A stretch of 64,000 bases of DNA from Catajapyx aquilonaris. Its lineage: Eukaryota. The notes under the pieces are model-generated. The model was not told the origin of the DNA. It did not search any database and saw only the letters and a program-made list of their open reading frames with translations. Position 1 is the first letter of the stretch; each line of letters begins with the position of its first letter. This document shows, in pieces, positions 12,901 through 26,700 of the stretch. A program made the translations under genes and the position numbers. Location: positions 1 through 64,000 of the forward strand of contig JYFJ02000185.1 of NCBI GenBank assembly GCA_000934665.2. Reading direction: 5' to 3'.

Positions 12901-15900
12901 AAAGCCTCCCTCCATTATTAACTCCACTGTCTGCTTGAGAATATAATAAAAGGACAGCACGCCCTTTCCCTCTCCTTGGCATGTCACCTCCATCTTCGTG
13001 CTTTCGCTACTTCAAAAGACCGATTTTAATTTTCAACAAGTTTGATAAGGAGACGGGTTAATTATCGGAACTAGTTCTCGAAAAGAAAATTCAATGGGGT
13101 CCGTGGTTGTTATTTAATTACTGCCAGCCAGAGTAACACAGTTTATTGCCCTAAGCGAGATTTATTTCCAAGCTGTCGGCGACCAGAAAAGAGAACGAAA
13201 GAGGTGCACCTTACCTCACTGGCGCAAATATCTGGGTCGAATGAAACCAACTCTATTGGGAGAATATCCCTAAACCTTATCCGCTTTCCATCAAGTCGCA
13301 GTTTCCCTCAATTATTCCATCCGTTTTGCAGTTTTTTTTCTCTCTCTCTCTCTCTCTGAAGGTCCTCTCCTTTTCCACTGACTCAGCCTCTCTCTCTCTC
13401 TCTCCTTTTCCTTTTCAAGTTTGGAGCAATCAGCCAGACTTGATGCTTCGGGGCATGCTTAGGATCAAATTCAAACCTGGCTCCGGTAAAAAGATTTGCC
13501 CTAATGCGACGGGATTTGCGCGGGAAGATCCGCTTGTGGCTAATAACACCGCACTTTTCTTGCGGGCAAAGAGAGAAAAAGATGTTCGCCCGCTGCCTTG
13601 TTACGGCCAACCGGGCGTATCGAATCGGACCAAATTACTCCGGAGTATTTTTCTGAGATACGTGCGTGTGCATACGGAGCGGATTTAAAAAGGCGCGGAT
13701 TTGTGCTACGGGGCTTAGGCTCCGTTTCAATTTTAAGACAAAAAAAAATTGAATGGGCCAAGGGGGCTGCAGCATCTCGGCAGGGTTTATTTGTAATTGA
13801 CATTAAATTACATTAAATGTAGTGTTCTCCGTACTGAACAGGTTATTCTCGTGACGGAAAAAATCTGTGAATGCTGCTTTTTAATGGACAAGTTTCGTCT
13901 GAATTCAGGGTTTGTTAGAGACAGGTAATAAAAAAACTTGATCAAAAGCAGGCAACTTTTGTCATTTAATTTTGGAAATTTACTACCTTTCACATGTTGG
14001 AACGCTGCACTTTTTTTTGAATTTTTGACTTAAAACCTACACAGCACCCCAGTTCTCTTTAAACTGATTATTGGAATGAACAATCCATAACTTTTTCCTC
14101 CTTCCACATGTACTTTGTCATGTCACGACCCTGAACACTTTCATGACTTACTCCAGCAGGACAGATCGAATCCAACGAAATATTTCAGCAATTTTTACGA
14201 GTCACGGAAACCTCCCCGTGGTGCTCGCAGCAACCAAACATGTAAAGAAAACAAGTCCCCCATTAACTTATTAGCTAAATTGGCAATCAAATGTTTCCAG
14301 GCCTTGGCTTGGGGGGGGGCACTAAAAAGCACGAAAATGGTGTGTCTCGACCAACACGCATAAAAGTGACGCTCTTTTCTCTAGTGAAAGTGTGACATTA
14401 ACAGTCTGGAGAAGCGCCCGACTGTGACATGTCGACACTTTAGTTACAAGCCCAAAAAAGTTATTCCACCCCCCCCCCCCCNCCCCCTCAATAAAAGTGG
14501 CACGAAGTTGACACCTTACTTTATCGCAAATTTTGGACCCGGGTTCTTCCGACATGATACGTCTGTGGACAGGTAAAATGTCTCCATTAGGACGAGATGG
14601 ATCATTTGGCAAGTCAATCAAGCCGAGATTGGAAGGCCTTATAGCAGTGTTAATGAGCTGGGAAGTGTGGGGTTACTCACCGAGAGAGAGAGAGTTTGGG
14701 TTCTGCACACCAAAGCAACTCTCGGCGGGGTCATTATACGTAAAGTCCGGACCTCTGACATCCACAAAGCCTGTTATTTGCACGTCTAATTACTAGAGAG
14801 GGTGGGTACTATCGCAAGGAACCATGTAACACTGCTCATCACAGGGCCACTTTTTATTATTAAACCTATCCTTCACACGGCCCTGATTCATTAACCTTCG
14901 AAGCTCCGGAAAACAAGTGCGCCAACAGGTACCGTAAAGATAACAGGGCCCGATATGTAATTGCTTTTGTACAGGGTGTCCGACAGAGAGAGAGAAGGAA
15001 AAAAACATGCTGAGCTGATGGATTGGGCTTGTCAGATAGATAAGAGGCCAGTTTAATGCCCTGTTTATGGGATCAATAATTCATTGTTGACAACCACGAT
15101 ACTCATGAACTGAAGAAGCTAAAGGGCAGACAGAGGCAAGATGCCAACAGGGTTTGTCTGCCCAATAACAAATCGCGCCTTTAAATATTCCTCTACTGGA
15201 AACTTGTCTCGATGAATATGTCCGGCCGCAATTGTTTAAAAGGTCAAGGCCGACAATACCTGCCAGACTAATTTCTTGCCGGACACCCCTGTGGCTCCGT
15301 GTGTGCACACCTACAGTACCAATATTGACAGACGGGGTTTTCCTCCTCTGCACGGGGACTTGTCACGCTATTTATCTGCAAGCCGCACAATGTGGCAAAA
15401 GCAGAAGCGCTGGCCCTATTAAACCCGCGTGAAAACGATCTCATTCATTCTCCCTGAGGCGGTGATAGATTACCTTCCCCTGGAGTAAGTCTGAGCTGGA
15501 GGGGTGTAGGAGGAAAGTTCTTATTCCTGGGGGCAACTCTGCAAATATTAATCCCATCTACCCCCCCTCAAGTCCTCGCAATTGGATGATGTCCCTTTCC
15601 CTCTTCTCTCCCGAAAATTTTCCAAGAAGGCGGGCGCCTCGGCTGGAAGGCTCACTAGTTACGTCAGCACGCAAGCGTGAAATATAACAGAGTGCATCAC
15701 GTGAATTGCGGCGAGCTGTATTTGAATTATACGGCTTGAAATCGCGCCCACTACACAATGGGTCTGCTCGTAAATCTCCGGGCTGGGATACACACAAGGA
15801 GAGAGAGAGGAAGCTGGAGGATGCTTTTCCTAGCCGCATTTACATGGCATCCAGCCATACATCATGCGTCTCTTTGGCCTAGGAGACAACCTAGCTGGCG

Positions 15901-16392
15901 TTCGGGGATTTGACGCACGTTGGATGGACCAGGTTGTCACGTCATGACGCTGACGTCTCCTGGGAAAATTTCAAAAAGGTTGGATCGTAAAAGAGTGTGT
16001 ATAATAATTTCCCCCCCGGGTTAATACTCAGCATGTTCAGTCCTCTAACAGCCAGTGGAAGTGGGCTTCCTATCAATTTGCACCTGTTAAGTAGAGTCTC
16101 TCACTCAGTCTCGATCGACCTCCCCAGTGCACAATCGAGCACCACTGTTGCATCGCTTGATCGCCCTCCGAGGCTTCAAATTTATTGCGCTGATTACACT
16201 CGCATTCCGCGAATCCCATCAGGTGTTTCCCAATCAGTGAAAAGTTACATTTCAGCGCAAAGCTACTTTCACAAACTCATCCTTGAACATACGCAACCGC
16301 ACCCTTGTGCAACGTTTGGTATAACCGACAGGCGCTGATTTTTACACAATACTGTAGTACTGTACAGAAGAATTTAGAGAGCCTGGAGTCAT

Positions 16393-16684
16393 AGAGTCGT
16401 CAACTTCATACTTCACGTCGTCTCTGATTGACTGGAGTAATTATGGACAATCACGTGTATGGAGGCCGCCATCTTGCGTTTCTATGGAAATCGTGGCCGG
16501 CTCTGACATCACGGTCGACTCCGATTGGCTGGAGTAGGCCTTCCAATCGGAGTCGACCGTGACGTCAGATCCGGCCACTATTTCCATAGAAACGCAAGAT
16601 GGAGGCCTCCATACACGTAAACAGTCCATAATAATTACTCCAGCCAACTAGAGACGACGGGAAGTCAGAAGTTGGCGACACTCT
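16393..16684. mobile_element. Palindromic MITE / non-autonomous DNA transposon (long inverted repeat)
   Basis: Inner arms 16453-16528 and 16543-16618 are reverse complements with 4 mismatches in 76 nt around a 14-nt loop. Pairing continues with small indels out to AGAG (16393) / CTCT (16684), and possibly to TTAGAGA 16374 / TCTCTAA 16701. No transposase ORF and no clear TSD. Confidence 0.85.
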
Positions 16685-17687
16685 TCCTAGAGCATCTCTA
16701 AGTACAATTCAGTGTTTATGTGTCGAATCCGTGCTTAAATATTCGCATGTTGAAACCCGATTATTGCAAGCTGGCTCCTGGAACTAGGAGATGTCTGGAG
16801 GCCCCCAACATGGCATCCGCCCTTTGGAAGGACTCCAGAGCAGCCAGAAGGCATAATAATTCTCCGGCCACCTATACCGGGCCTCATGCTGGGCCCCGAT
16901 AACCATGATTTAACAGACGGAACTTGGCTGGGGGTAGGAAACTTTTGTTAGGAGAGAGCAAGTGGAGCTGAAGCATCGAGTGCGGCGTGTGAACGAAACA
17001 AGCGGGGTTAGGGTTAGGGGGTGTCAAGCCAGAGTCACTTGTTGGGGCTGCCAGCCACCAGATGCCACATTTCGAGGACAGGAAACTTGGGGACTATCGA
17101 CGCCAAAATTATAGGGCTGCTGGTCAACTGCTGGACTCATGTAGTTATATTGTGGAGGGATTTTCGGTTGTGCGGACGAGTTTTCATTATTGCAACAAAC
17201 CTCCCTCCAGACCTGTCACCTACAACTCGTGCTGCGATGCACTGTCTAAAGTTTGGCCGAGTTTGATTCATTTGTGGTGAGCTTGCAGGCATCGCACCAA
17301 CTTGGACAATTTTGATGAAAATTACCCGAATGTTAATTCGCCAGGCCAGAATTACCGTCTCAATGCTGTAGAGGCCGGCTTGAATGGCGCTATACCTGGA
17401 AAGTAATAATCTGGGCTAACTTGTATGATGGTACTTATCTAACTGTATATTTTAGTTTTGTGAAAAAGTGCGTCTGACGTTGCATGAAAAGTCGGGCAAT
17501 TTTATAGGTCGTTTCATTTCAGAAAAAGTTACTAACGATATACCTAAGGTACTGTAGGGACTCCCTACTTTGCAAGGTAGCCAGTGTAGCGCAACCCATC
17601 ATGATTTATATTTACTGCGACATTTTCTGAGGGGTAAAAAGTCCAGATTTGTCAAAGTGTTGTGCATAGTCTAATTTACGATTTGTG

Positions 17688-17725
17688 CAAAATATCTACA
17701 GTTACACAAAATATCTACAGTTCCA
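17688..17725. repeat. 19-bp tandem duplication
   Basis: CAAAATATCTACAGTTACA is followed directly by CAAAATATCTACAGTTCCA (one mismatch). Confidence 0.8.
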
Positions 17726-20700
17726 GATCAGTTCCACACTAATTGAATGCAGCTACAGTAAACATCCTTTCACTCTGGCAGAATTAATCTACACAATTAT
17801 TTCAACTGACTTTTCAAAGTTGATTATTTTTAACAAGTAGAAACCCTGCTCAAGCCCATAATTTTCTATTCATGTCGTCAGAATTTCTATAGTTCATCTT
17901 CCAGACTTCTGTGTTCAACTAAAGGCCACATAACAAAATCATTTTTTTTTCTACTTTTTTGACACAACTGCAGCTATGTTCAGAAAGATATCATTCTTCC
18001 ACGATTTCTTTGCTTGTTTTACCTGCCCCAGCACTATGTACGTTTAATTGAACTTTTCCTCCACTGCTTCTGGCATCCTCCCTCCCATCCCCTCTCCTCC
18101 CCACATCCTTCCGTTTCCCCCGTTCCGTCTACTCACGCTGGCCCGGATTTTGTTGAGAAAGTGAAAGCTTCTGTAAGCATCTTCCTCCGGGGGAGTAAAA
18201 AGTTGGTAATGGCAATTGAAACGACGCCTAAAGCAAAAACAAGGAAGTGGGATAGCAGCAGTTGTCGTGCGCAATGTAAGTAAACACAAAGTAGAAAACC
18301 AGAAACTTTGATGGAAAATGTTGAAATTACCCGGAAATTTTCATGTAAACTCGTAGCAACTCTCCCCAATTTGAAGATGGTTTTACTAGTTCATGGTCTA
18401 ATAATAATTAGTGACGAGAACATCGCATAATATTGTTTACCAGTATATCAAAATCATCAGTGTACAGTACTTGTGAACAAAAACTAGGCCCGAATTGTAC
18501 AGTACTCATCCAGCTGCAACAATAACACTACTATCAAAGAGAAAATCGTCATTTTTTAAAACTCTCGTTTGCTAATCGACCAAACCATTGCAAATATTTC
18601 TATAGCGTGATTAACAGGAGTTATTTTTTTCAATCCGGTCTCATTAGCCGAAAAGTGCAAAAAAAAGTTTAATTACATGGGCCTGACAAGAGCTATTGCA
18701 GGCGAAGCATATTGTTTTATTGTGTAAGTTGCGCATGTTATCTGCTGACGCACATTCAAGCCTCTTTTGTGCGGTTCGGTTTACAATAGAATGCAGTGCG
18801 CAAGCTCAGGCTTATTCGACCTCGCAGTACTTTCGCACTGTAATTATGTTGATGGAAAACAAAGTAAATAAGGCCTCTGTCATACAGAACTCGGCTGAGC
18901 TTTTTGACGAAGTTTATAATTATGTTGTTGGTTCGTTACCCCAATGAACAGTTTGCATATATTTCAGGTTGAGTAATACCACGATCTGTCCACATCATTT
19001 AACAAAAAGGCGATGAATAGTTTATAATACTTCTTGAAAGCGTGATTTAAAAATTGTTGCTGGAGTACACAATATTCTCCCCAATAACTTTGAGTAGCAT
19101 AAACGGAACTTGCGAGGGTCGATGAACTGCATTTTCTTTCAAAATTTCACATAGCAACCTGCTTGCAAACGATAAATAATGCAAAACTGGGCAGCTCGCT
19201 TTACTGTGCGTCCAAACATGCTATGAAAATTTAGTGCATCATTGCGCATTACGATCCCTTATTATTAATGTACCAGCAAGTAGAGAGTATACAGGGGGCG
19301 ATGCATTAATGCGTGCATGATATGCTGCTTAACGGATCATGACAAGATGAATAATTGATACAACCTGTACCTTGGATTAGTATCAGTCCAAAAAAGAAAT
19401 GTAAGCAGTAGAAGCTGAAAAGCGAGAAAGTGCCCCAGTTTGTAATTCTAAACGAGTAGTCTGCGGAAACCCCATAAACAAGCTGAGAAATCTTATCGTT
19501 AACCAATTTGCTCTTCTTATCTCCATTTCTGGTTGTCTTAGGTTTCACGCTGAGAAAGTAATGGAACTTCAATGGAGCGTTTTGTTATCTGGTTCGAGGT
19601 TGGTTCTAGGGAGGGGAAGTAACAGTTGGCAAGCTGTCAAGACTCTCACTCTCTGCTGACTTGTTCCATATCGGGGATCACGGAGGAAATGAAACATTGG
19701 CCTCCGCACACCGGGAGGAATTTGGAGCTAAAACCGCCAGAAACAAGGCCCTACCCCCCCTTCCAAACACTGCGCAGTAAATTAGCCGCAGTCCTGAGGA
19801 AAACAAGGGGGTGTTTCCCTCCAGTAATTTTGTCAGTCGCGGTGGCAGCAGCTCTAAGAGGTGCAACACTGCACTCTCTCTCCGCTGCGAAAATACATCC
19901 TGAAAGCTCTCTACTACTTAAAGTTAATGCACCTGCACTAAATTGCCATCAAGCAAGCGCTTCAAATAACAAGTTACTGAAAATTTTGGATTGAAATTGG
20001 TTAAGATTCTGGAAGGTTTCGAGCAATATTGTTGGCAAGGTGCTGACAAGAAAGGCATAAACATTGCAGGTACATCGTCTCAAACCAATCCTTACCGCTG
20101 CTTACAGTAAATGCATGCAAATTATTTTGGCTGGTTTCCGCGGGTCGTATATTTTATACCAGTTTGGCTCGGATTCAGAAGTGTTTGGAGAATAAGACTT
20201 GTCCCGAGTATTTCCACATTAATTCTCCTCTGCTCAAACAAACCCATTTTTTACCAACCTGAGCACGTTCCACATATGCGGGCAGTTTTCTCGCCTCTTT
20301 CTCTGAACTCCCCAGCATGTGAGCCTGTTCCCACACCATATTGAAATTCCTCCATCCAAGTGTAGTGCTGCAAATGATAAAACGAGTCCCATCCGGATTT
20401 TGCGGGTCGTCTTTTTCCCAACTGTATGTGACACATATTCCATTCCACCTAACATGCGCTGATTGTTGCTCCTAATGTAAACCTCCAATTAAGTCATCCT
20501 GATGAATATTTTTTTTTGGTTCCTATTCTCACCGTCACCTGCACGGCCTCTCTATTAAAATGTAGCCATTTTTTGGTGGGGTGCTCAAAAGCGGCCTGAG
20601 CCATTTCATTTTGGGCTGGATGAAGATTTTCCTAACTTTCTCGTCTCAAGCCCATCCTTCCTGCCAACTCCGGCGTCAGTAATTGAAAATGGAAATGATT

Positions 20701-23700
20701 ACTTCTGTCTGGCCTTTTTGCGCTCCCACTTTATGAGATTTTCCGGATTTTCGGAGTGGATACGGAGAGCGATGGGGGCAGCCCCGAATAACTAGGGGAA
20801 AAAGCCTTCAAACATTCGGACTTTGGCACCACACAGAAATCTCTGCCTTTTCTCCTCCAACCCGGTCCTCGATGTAATTTAACGGATTTAATTGAATAAA
20901 ACCGCGGTCTTGCCTTCAGCGAGAGAAATGTCACCAACCTTTTTTTTCTCACTCCAATTCTTACTTCAGACCATAATGAAAAGCAGGGATTACAGCAGGT
21001 TCAAGCAGTTATTGGACTTTGTGCTTACTCCAGATGTGTCTAAAGTGTGTACAGTGAACTTTGACATTTTTGGGGGACAGATTGGCGTGAACTTTAAGTT
21101 TGCATCAGTTTCCTTGTCAAGTCAACTTATGCGGCAGAGTGTGCGAGTCTCTCCCAAATGGCGTGGGATGGACCGGGACGCAAACAATATTGTCAAACAC
21201 CGCGGCTCATTGAGTGTGAGCCGAGTGAAGCAGATTGTATGCAGCCCTTTCCCTCTAACCCCCCAAAAAATACTGGACCACGGCATGGCTTGGTGGGTCC
21301 GGTTCAATCGGAAGAAATCGATGCATGCACAGCTGCATGCCAACAGCCGCCTTCCTTCGACAAATGAAATTCGGACCCCACTTGTATTGCATATTAGCGC
21401 ACTTTCCAGGAAGGTTTTGCGAAATGGTTGTCCACATGGGGGTTCTAGATTTTTTGAAGAGTGAAAGAAAAACCTATCGGTCCATTTCTCTTGGACTATT
21501 TCGGCCTCTCCATTTGTAAGATTAAATGGCGTGGAGCAGTGGAGGCGCGGCTCCCAAGTGGAAGAGGCATTTGCAAACACGGCCCGCATCCACAGCAAAC
21601 CAGACCCAAGGGGTAACGAATAGGACTAGCCCCTACTTTATTTTTAGAGAGAGAGAGAGAAAAAAAACTGTGCTCCGTACATCTGACCGACTTTATTCCG
21701 AGGGGGTGAGCTGCAGAAAAATCACTCGGTAAATATGGCTTGCACCGAGGTTTTCTTCAGGGCACATTTCTCATACGAGGTGTGTGCTATGCGGAACTGG
21801 GGCAATCTGTAACAGCTATCAATATTTTAAGCAGAGGTTTTAGGATAAGGTTGTTGTGGAAAGCCTTAATAAACACTTATAATCATAATGTAGGCCACAT
21901 TTGTCGTTACAAGCACAGCTATAGTATAGTTGTAACCTATACACTTGGAGAATTCGCAGAAAAAAAATATTTTCCGCTATTCAGAGCTGCACATGCATGG
22001 TTGTGTGCGTTTTCAGATGCATTAATTAGATCACATGACCGATTAGGAGCACGAAGAGTACCTAGGTTTATGAACTTACATGAAAGAACGTGGGTTTCTT
22101 CTCGCCTGGTGTAAAACCAACAGGCATAACTTACGTACCTTATAGTGTTACACTGTGGCAAAATGTCTCTTCAGAGTTAATACCACGCAACTGTCAGTTT
22201 TACGGCCGCCTTTTTGAACCGTCTGGAATATAACTTTGTGCAGTTATACCGTCTTTTTATGTGCAATTTTTTCTCTCGTTCTGGCATTTGCGATCATGCG
22301 GGTTAAAAAGCAACAACAGGTGATTAGGATCTGTTTTATGGCACTTGATTAAGTGATTAAGTGAGGGTAAGCCGATCGTTAGAGCCACGCATTTTGGCCC
22401 CTAACTGGATGTTTAACTTCACTTAGTACTTTCATAAACTCCTGACATGATGTGGAAGGGTCAGGCCCACTCCCTGTACAGGTCGACTTAACTGCTGGTT
22501 TTCCGATCGCCATCATCTGGTGTATACTGCAACGTGTTTAGTATAATGATCAAATATGTAGCCCAACCCCTTTCATCTTGATCATTATGAAACCCGCACA
22601 CCCGTCATACTCACTGCAGTACATAATGTGCAGGGACAAAGCACAAACTCGTTTATCCAAGCCGCACATACACAGTATATATAATCTACATGCCTTTTAC
22701 TCACCGGGCACGAGCACAAACAACTTTAGCTAGAGAGCCTGAAAAAAACATGTCGCGCTTAACCATTGCTCTACTTTATCAAACATAGAGATGATCTATG
22801 AGACAAGGCTAGATCATCCATTCAAATCAAGAGGGAGCAAATTTCTTCAGTTCCGCAGTACAACGGAGGTCCTCCGCAAGATAATTATTGTGCATAGTAC
22901 CAACTTGCTCTTTTTAACTGCAGTTTTTTTGGCTATGCTTTCCGTCGGTTCATCCAGACTAAATATCCTGGTTGGAAAAAAGAGGAAAAAGCTTTAAAAG
23001 CAGAACGGAGTAGCTGGAAGGAATCCAGAGCACCATTATGAGGGGAAACAAGTGACAAAATACGCGACCTCTCACCCTCTCAGGACATTAAATATGTGCG
23101 CGCATGAAGCTTCGGAGGAAAAGAAAATGTTTCCGTAACCTCCTAGCGTTGGAATAGATTACAAAGGCGGAAAACACACCAGAAAAAGGAAGCTGGAGAC
23201 GACAACAACAAAAAAATATCGATCACAATATTCTTAAAAAACTAGTCATTACTTTCGCATTTTGCTGATATTTACCGCCTTATAGTGTCTATGGCACATT
23301 TTGCACATGATTAGGTCACATCATGTGAATCAAAATTGACTCGAAGCCTTTTTTTTTTCTTTAGTCACGATCCGGTTCCTTCGGGCCCATTTTTCCTGCA
23401 CGGTGACAGCCAATCATGGGGGTTTATCTGGCCAACCCACACGTGCATGCAACACACCCATATCAAGCCCCAATTGCCTGCTTGATTAGCCCCAGTGTAC
23501 TGCATCCACTCCTTGCTTTATGACCAGATTTCATGCAAACTACGTATCCTGGAGGGAAAAGCACTGGTGCTGCTGCAGCCCCCTCTATTTTATATTTTAT
23601 ACGGGCGCGTAACCTGATAAAAAATAACATGGGAGGGTGTCCGGATTAATGCGACGCACAAAGGAAAATAGACATGTGTTTCTTTTGGACCCCCACTTCA

Positions 23701-26700
23701 GTTAATGGAATGCCTTCTGGGTCACGCACGTGTCAATCCGACATGCCATCGCACACTCGTTCCAAATGCCAGCAACCTCTTGACTTTTATATACTCGGTG
23801 AATTATTTTCATACATGTCTGGGTGAAAAGAGAGAAAATGGTGGTCAAAATGGCGGGGGCCTTTTGGGGGTCTGGCTTCATTTCCAGCAGGGCGGCAAAG
23901 AACTCTCCCGGGCAGAATAGGAATTACTGCATCAGATAAGCGCACAGCACACTATACAGCATTATCAGTGCGCATTAAATAATGAAAGCTATTCCGTGAG
24001 ATGAATCAGATATATGAATGTCGCACAAGAGAGATTAGTTGCGCTACATGCAGATAATTGAAACCTAAATGCGATAATGCAGGCAATGCTGCTGTTTTCA
24101 TAGGGCTTTACGGCTCATTTAATGTCCGGGATTACGATTGAAAGCGATCTAGATTAAAGGCGGATGTTGTTATTGCATTATTTCTTTTTAGTCGTTCATG
24201 AATAAGGCTCTGGGGCCGCACAATGGCTTCAAAAAGCAGATTGGATTATAAACGTCACGGGGGGTGGATGGCGTAGTAATTGGTTACGTTTCTGGGCGTT
24301 ATCGCCGGCGATAGTCGTACCATCTTTTTCTGAATAGGAAGCGACGATAAAATATTCATTGCTCATTTGAAATGCAGGCTAAGACAATCATTGCTCGCAA
24401 CGAAGCAAAATAGTCCCAATAATGCTTATATAACATGATTGAGCCCACTTTGTCAAACGATCCGTGCTTTTTGGTAGTGGCCAATAACATGTTTTGACAC
24501 ATTATTGTCACTCCCTTGCTTCCACAGAGGGTGTCAGTTTTCACAAGTTTTCACGACAGAATCCAATGAAGGGTGTTGGTGAGAACAAGCCCTTGCATTG
24601 TGAGGCCCATGCCTTTGTTTTAATAAAACGATTCTCCTCCTCCTCTCTCTCCAACCCACACACCAAAAGCACCGAATAATCGGCGAGGTCGAGACTGGAG
24701 GTCAGGAAGCCTCGTCGAAGCTTTAATTTCCTAAGCGCACCCCCTTTTGTCTAGAAGCCATCATTCTTTCCGGGCTCGTGCCGCAAACAATCTCCCCCCC
24801 CCCCCCTTCCCGTGCCAGCAATTTACCTTAAACACACGGTAAGTCGCGAGCAGGCAATGAGATTACGCATAATCTGGGCTTTACACACCCATAATATCGC
24901 CGCAAAATTTCAATAAAATCTCTCTCCCACCCCTCTTGTATATAGGCACCGTTATCAAAAGGTGGCAGGGTCGAGCCCTCCCCAACTTCTATAGGAAGCT
25001 ATAAAAAAAATATCTCCGTTTAAAGCCAGCACCTAGCAACACTCCACGCTTGAATTTTGTATATCCCCCAAGAGAATCTCTGGGCCCGAAGTCAAAAGGT
25101 GCTTCCTATTGTTTAGCTGGCGCCCATTGTTTTCCAGTCCTGTGTTGCAGCAGATGGCACCATCCGCCTAGGGAAAGGGCCGGGCATGAAATGTTTACGC
25201 CCAGATTGATTCCTGTAGACCAGTCTGTTACTGGACATCATCTGCTGGTGGTACAGCTCATTTCTCGGAAAGAACGCTACGGAGGTTAACCGTATTAGCT
25301 GGAGGGGAATACATAAAAATGTGCGTGGGAGAGTGGATAATACGTTGTTCATGTCAAAGGGATGGATCTGCCAATAACAAGAGATGGCGGTATGACCTTT
25401 TGAAAATTGCAATTTATTATGTAGGCTGTAGCTGGTACTTTGTGGGGCTTCTGTGTTGCTGAGCCAATTTTCAAGATTTTACCTTGTGGAGCTTGACATG
25501 AGTTTATTTGTTGGCTCAGAACTTGTTGATCTGTAAGCCTTTATAGAAACATACCACTAACTGGGGCTTCAAACACGCAAATATTGAAGATGTTAAGGCA
25601 GAAAACAAGACGATGCTATTTTTTTATATCTTCAAACGCAGTGATTCATAGTTGCGTACACATGACATTAAAGCAAATTTGCTTGCTCCTTCTGTACCAT
25701 TCGTGTGTAAATAACAGCTGGTTACACCAGAGTTTGTGAGCATTTATCCGCAGTTAAGCCCTAATCTCTTCTTCAGATATTTGAGCACTGTTCAATTATT
25801 GATTCGGATTTTCCGTCGTCATATTATGCCAATATTCGGCTTGGCATGCAAATAATAGGAAATCTCTTCGTCTCGGTTGCCTTCCCCCCCCCCCTCTCTC
25901 TTTCAAATCCGCCTTAAACCCACCGGTGGTGTGACTTTTGCGGAGGGTTTAAAGCCCCCTTTTTTCCGCAATAAATAGTTTGCCCTCCCTGCTTCGAATC
26001 GATAATTACACGCATGGACTTGCGCTCCATGATCGATGGGGGTGTATCTGACCCATATCCTGCAGCAGCATTTGCGGCAAAGAAATCTGCTTTGGAAGCA
26101 ATGGACCGACAAGCTCTCTTTTCCTTTGGCCATATATAGGAAGAGAGAAAAAAAAAACATTCCAAACTGCATAAATGGCACAACTGACTTGGGGCTGTAC
26201 CAGAGCCTGGTTTTACTTTTAAAAATTAACACTAGTGAAACATGGGGCATGTAGACCTCTCGTTTTATTTCCAGATTCGACGATGGGCGAAAAAATATCA
26301 GGGGCAGAACGAAACAGTAAAGATTTTATGAATCGGCCCAAAATCAATAAAAAATGTACACCTGAATCACGAATAAACTGCAAAAATACGCTGTGAATTG
26401 AAAACACTGCTTAACTTCGTCGCACTTAACCGAGTTTAAATTGAAGCAATTGGCAGCAATTGCTCAGTGATGTAAACCATTTTTGCGCACGTAAATTGGC
26501 ATGCTTGTGACACCTAATGAAAATTACTTCCTCTCCGTCGTCCGAGATTAAAATTAAAAAATTTGCGAGAAAAGCTCTCAAAGAATTTTTGCACGAACTA
26601 ATAAAAAAGAATCAATGTCTGAACTTTGGGGGCAAGGCATTTGTAATATTAATCCGAGGCCTTGCTGTTACACGAAATTAATTCCGCGGAATCCTCCCGG

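Noticed and set aside
17008..17019. (TTAGGG)2 as an interstitial telomere
   Set aside because: Only two units, compatible with chance.
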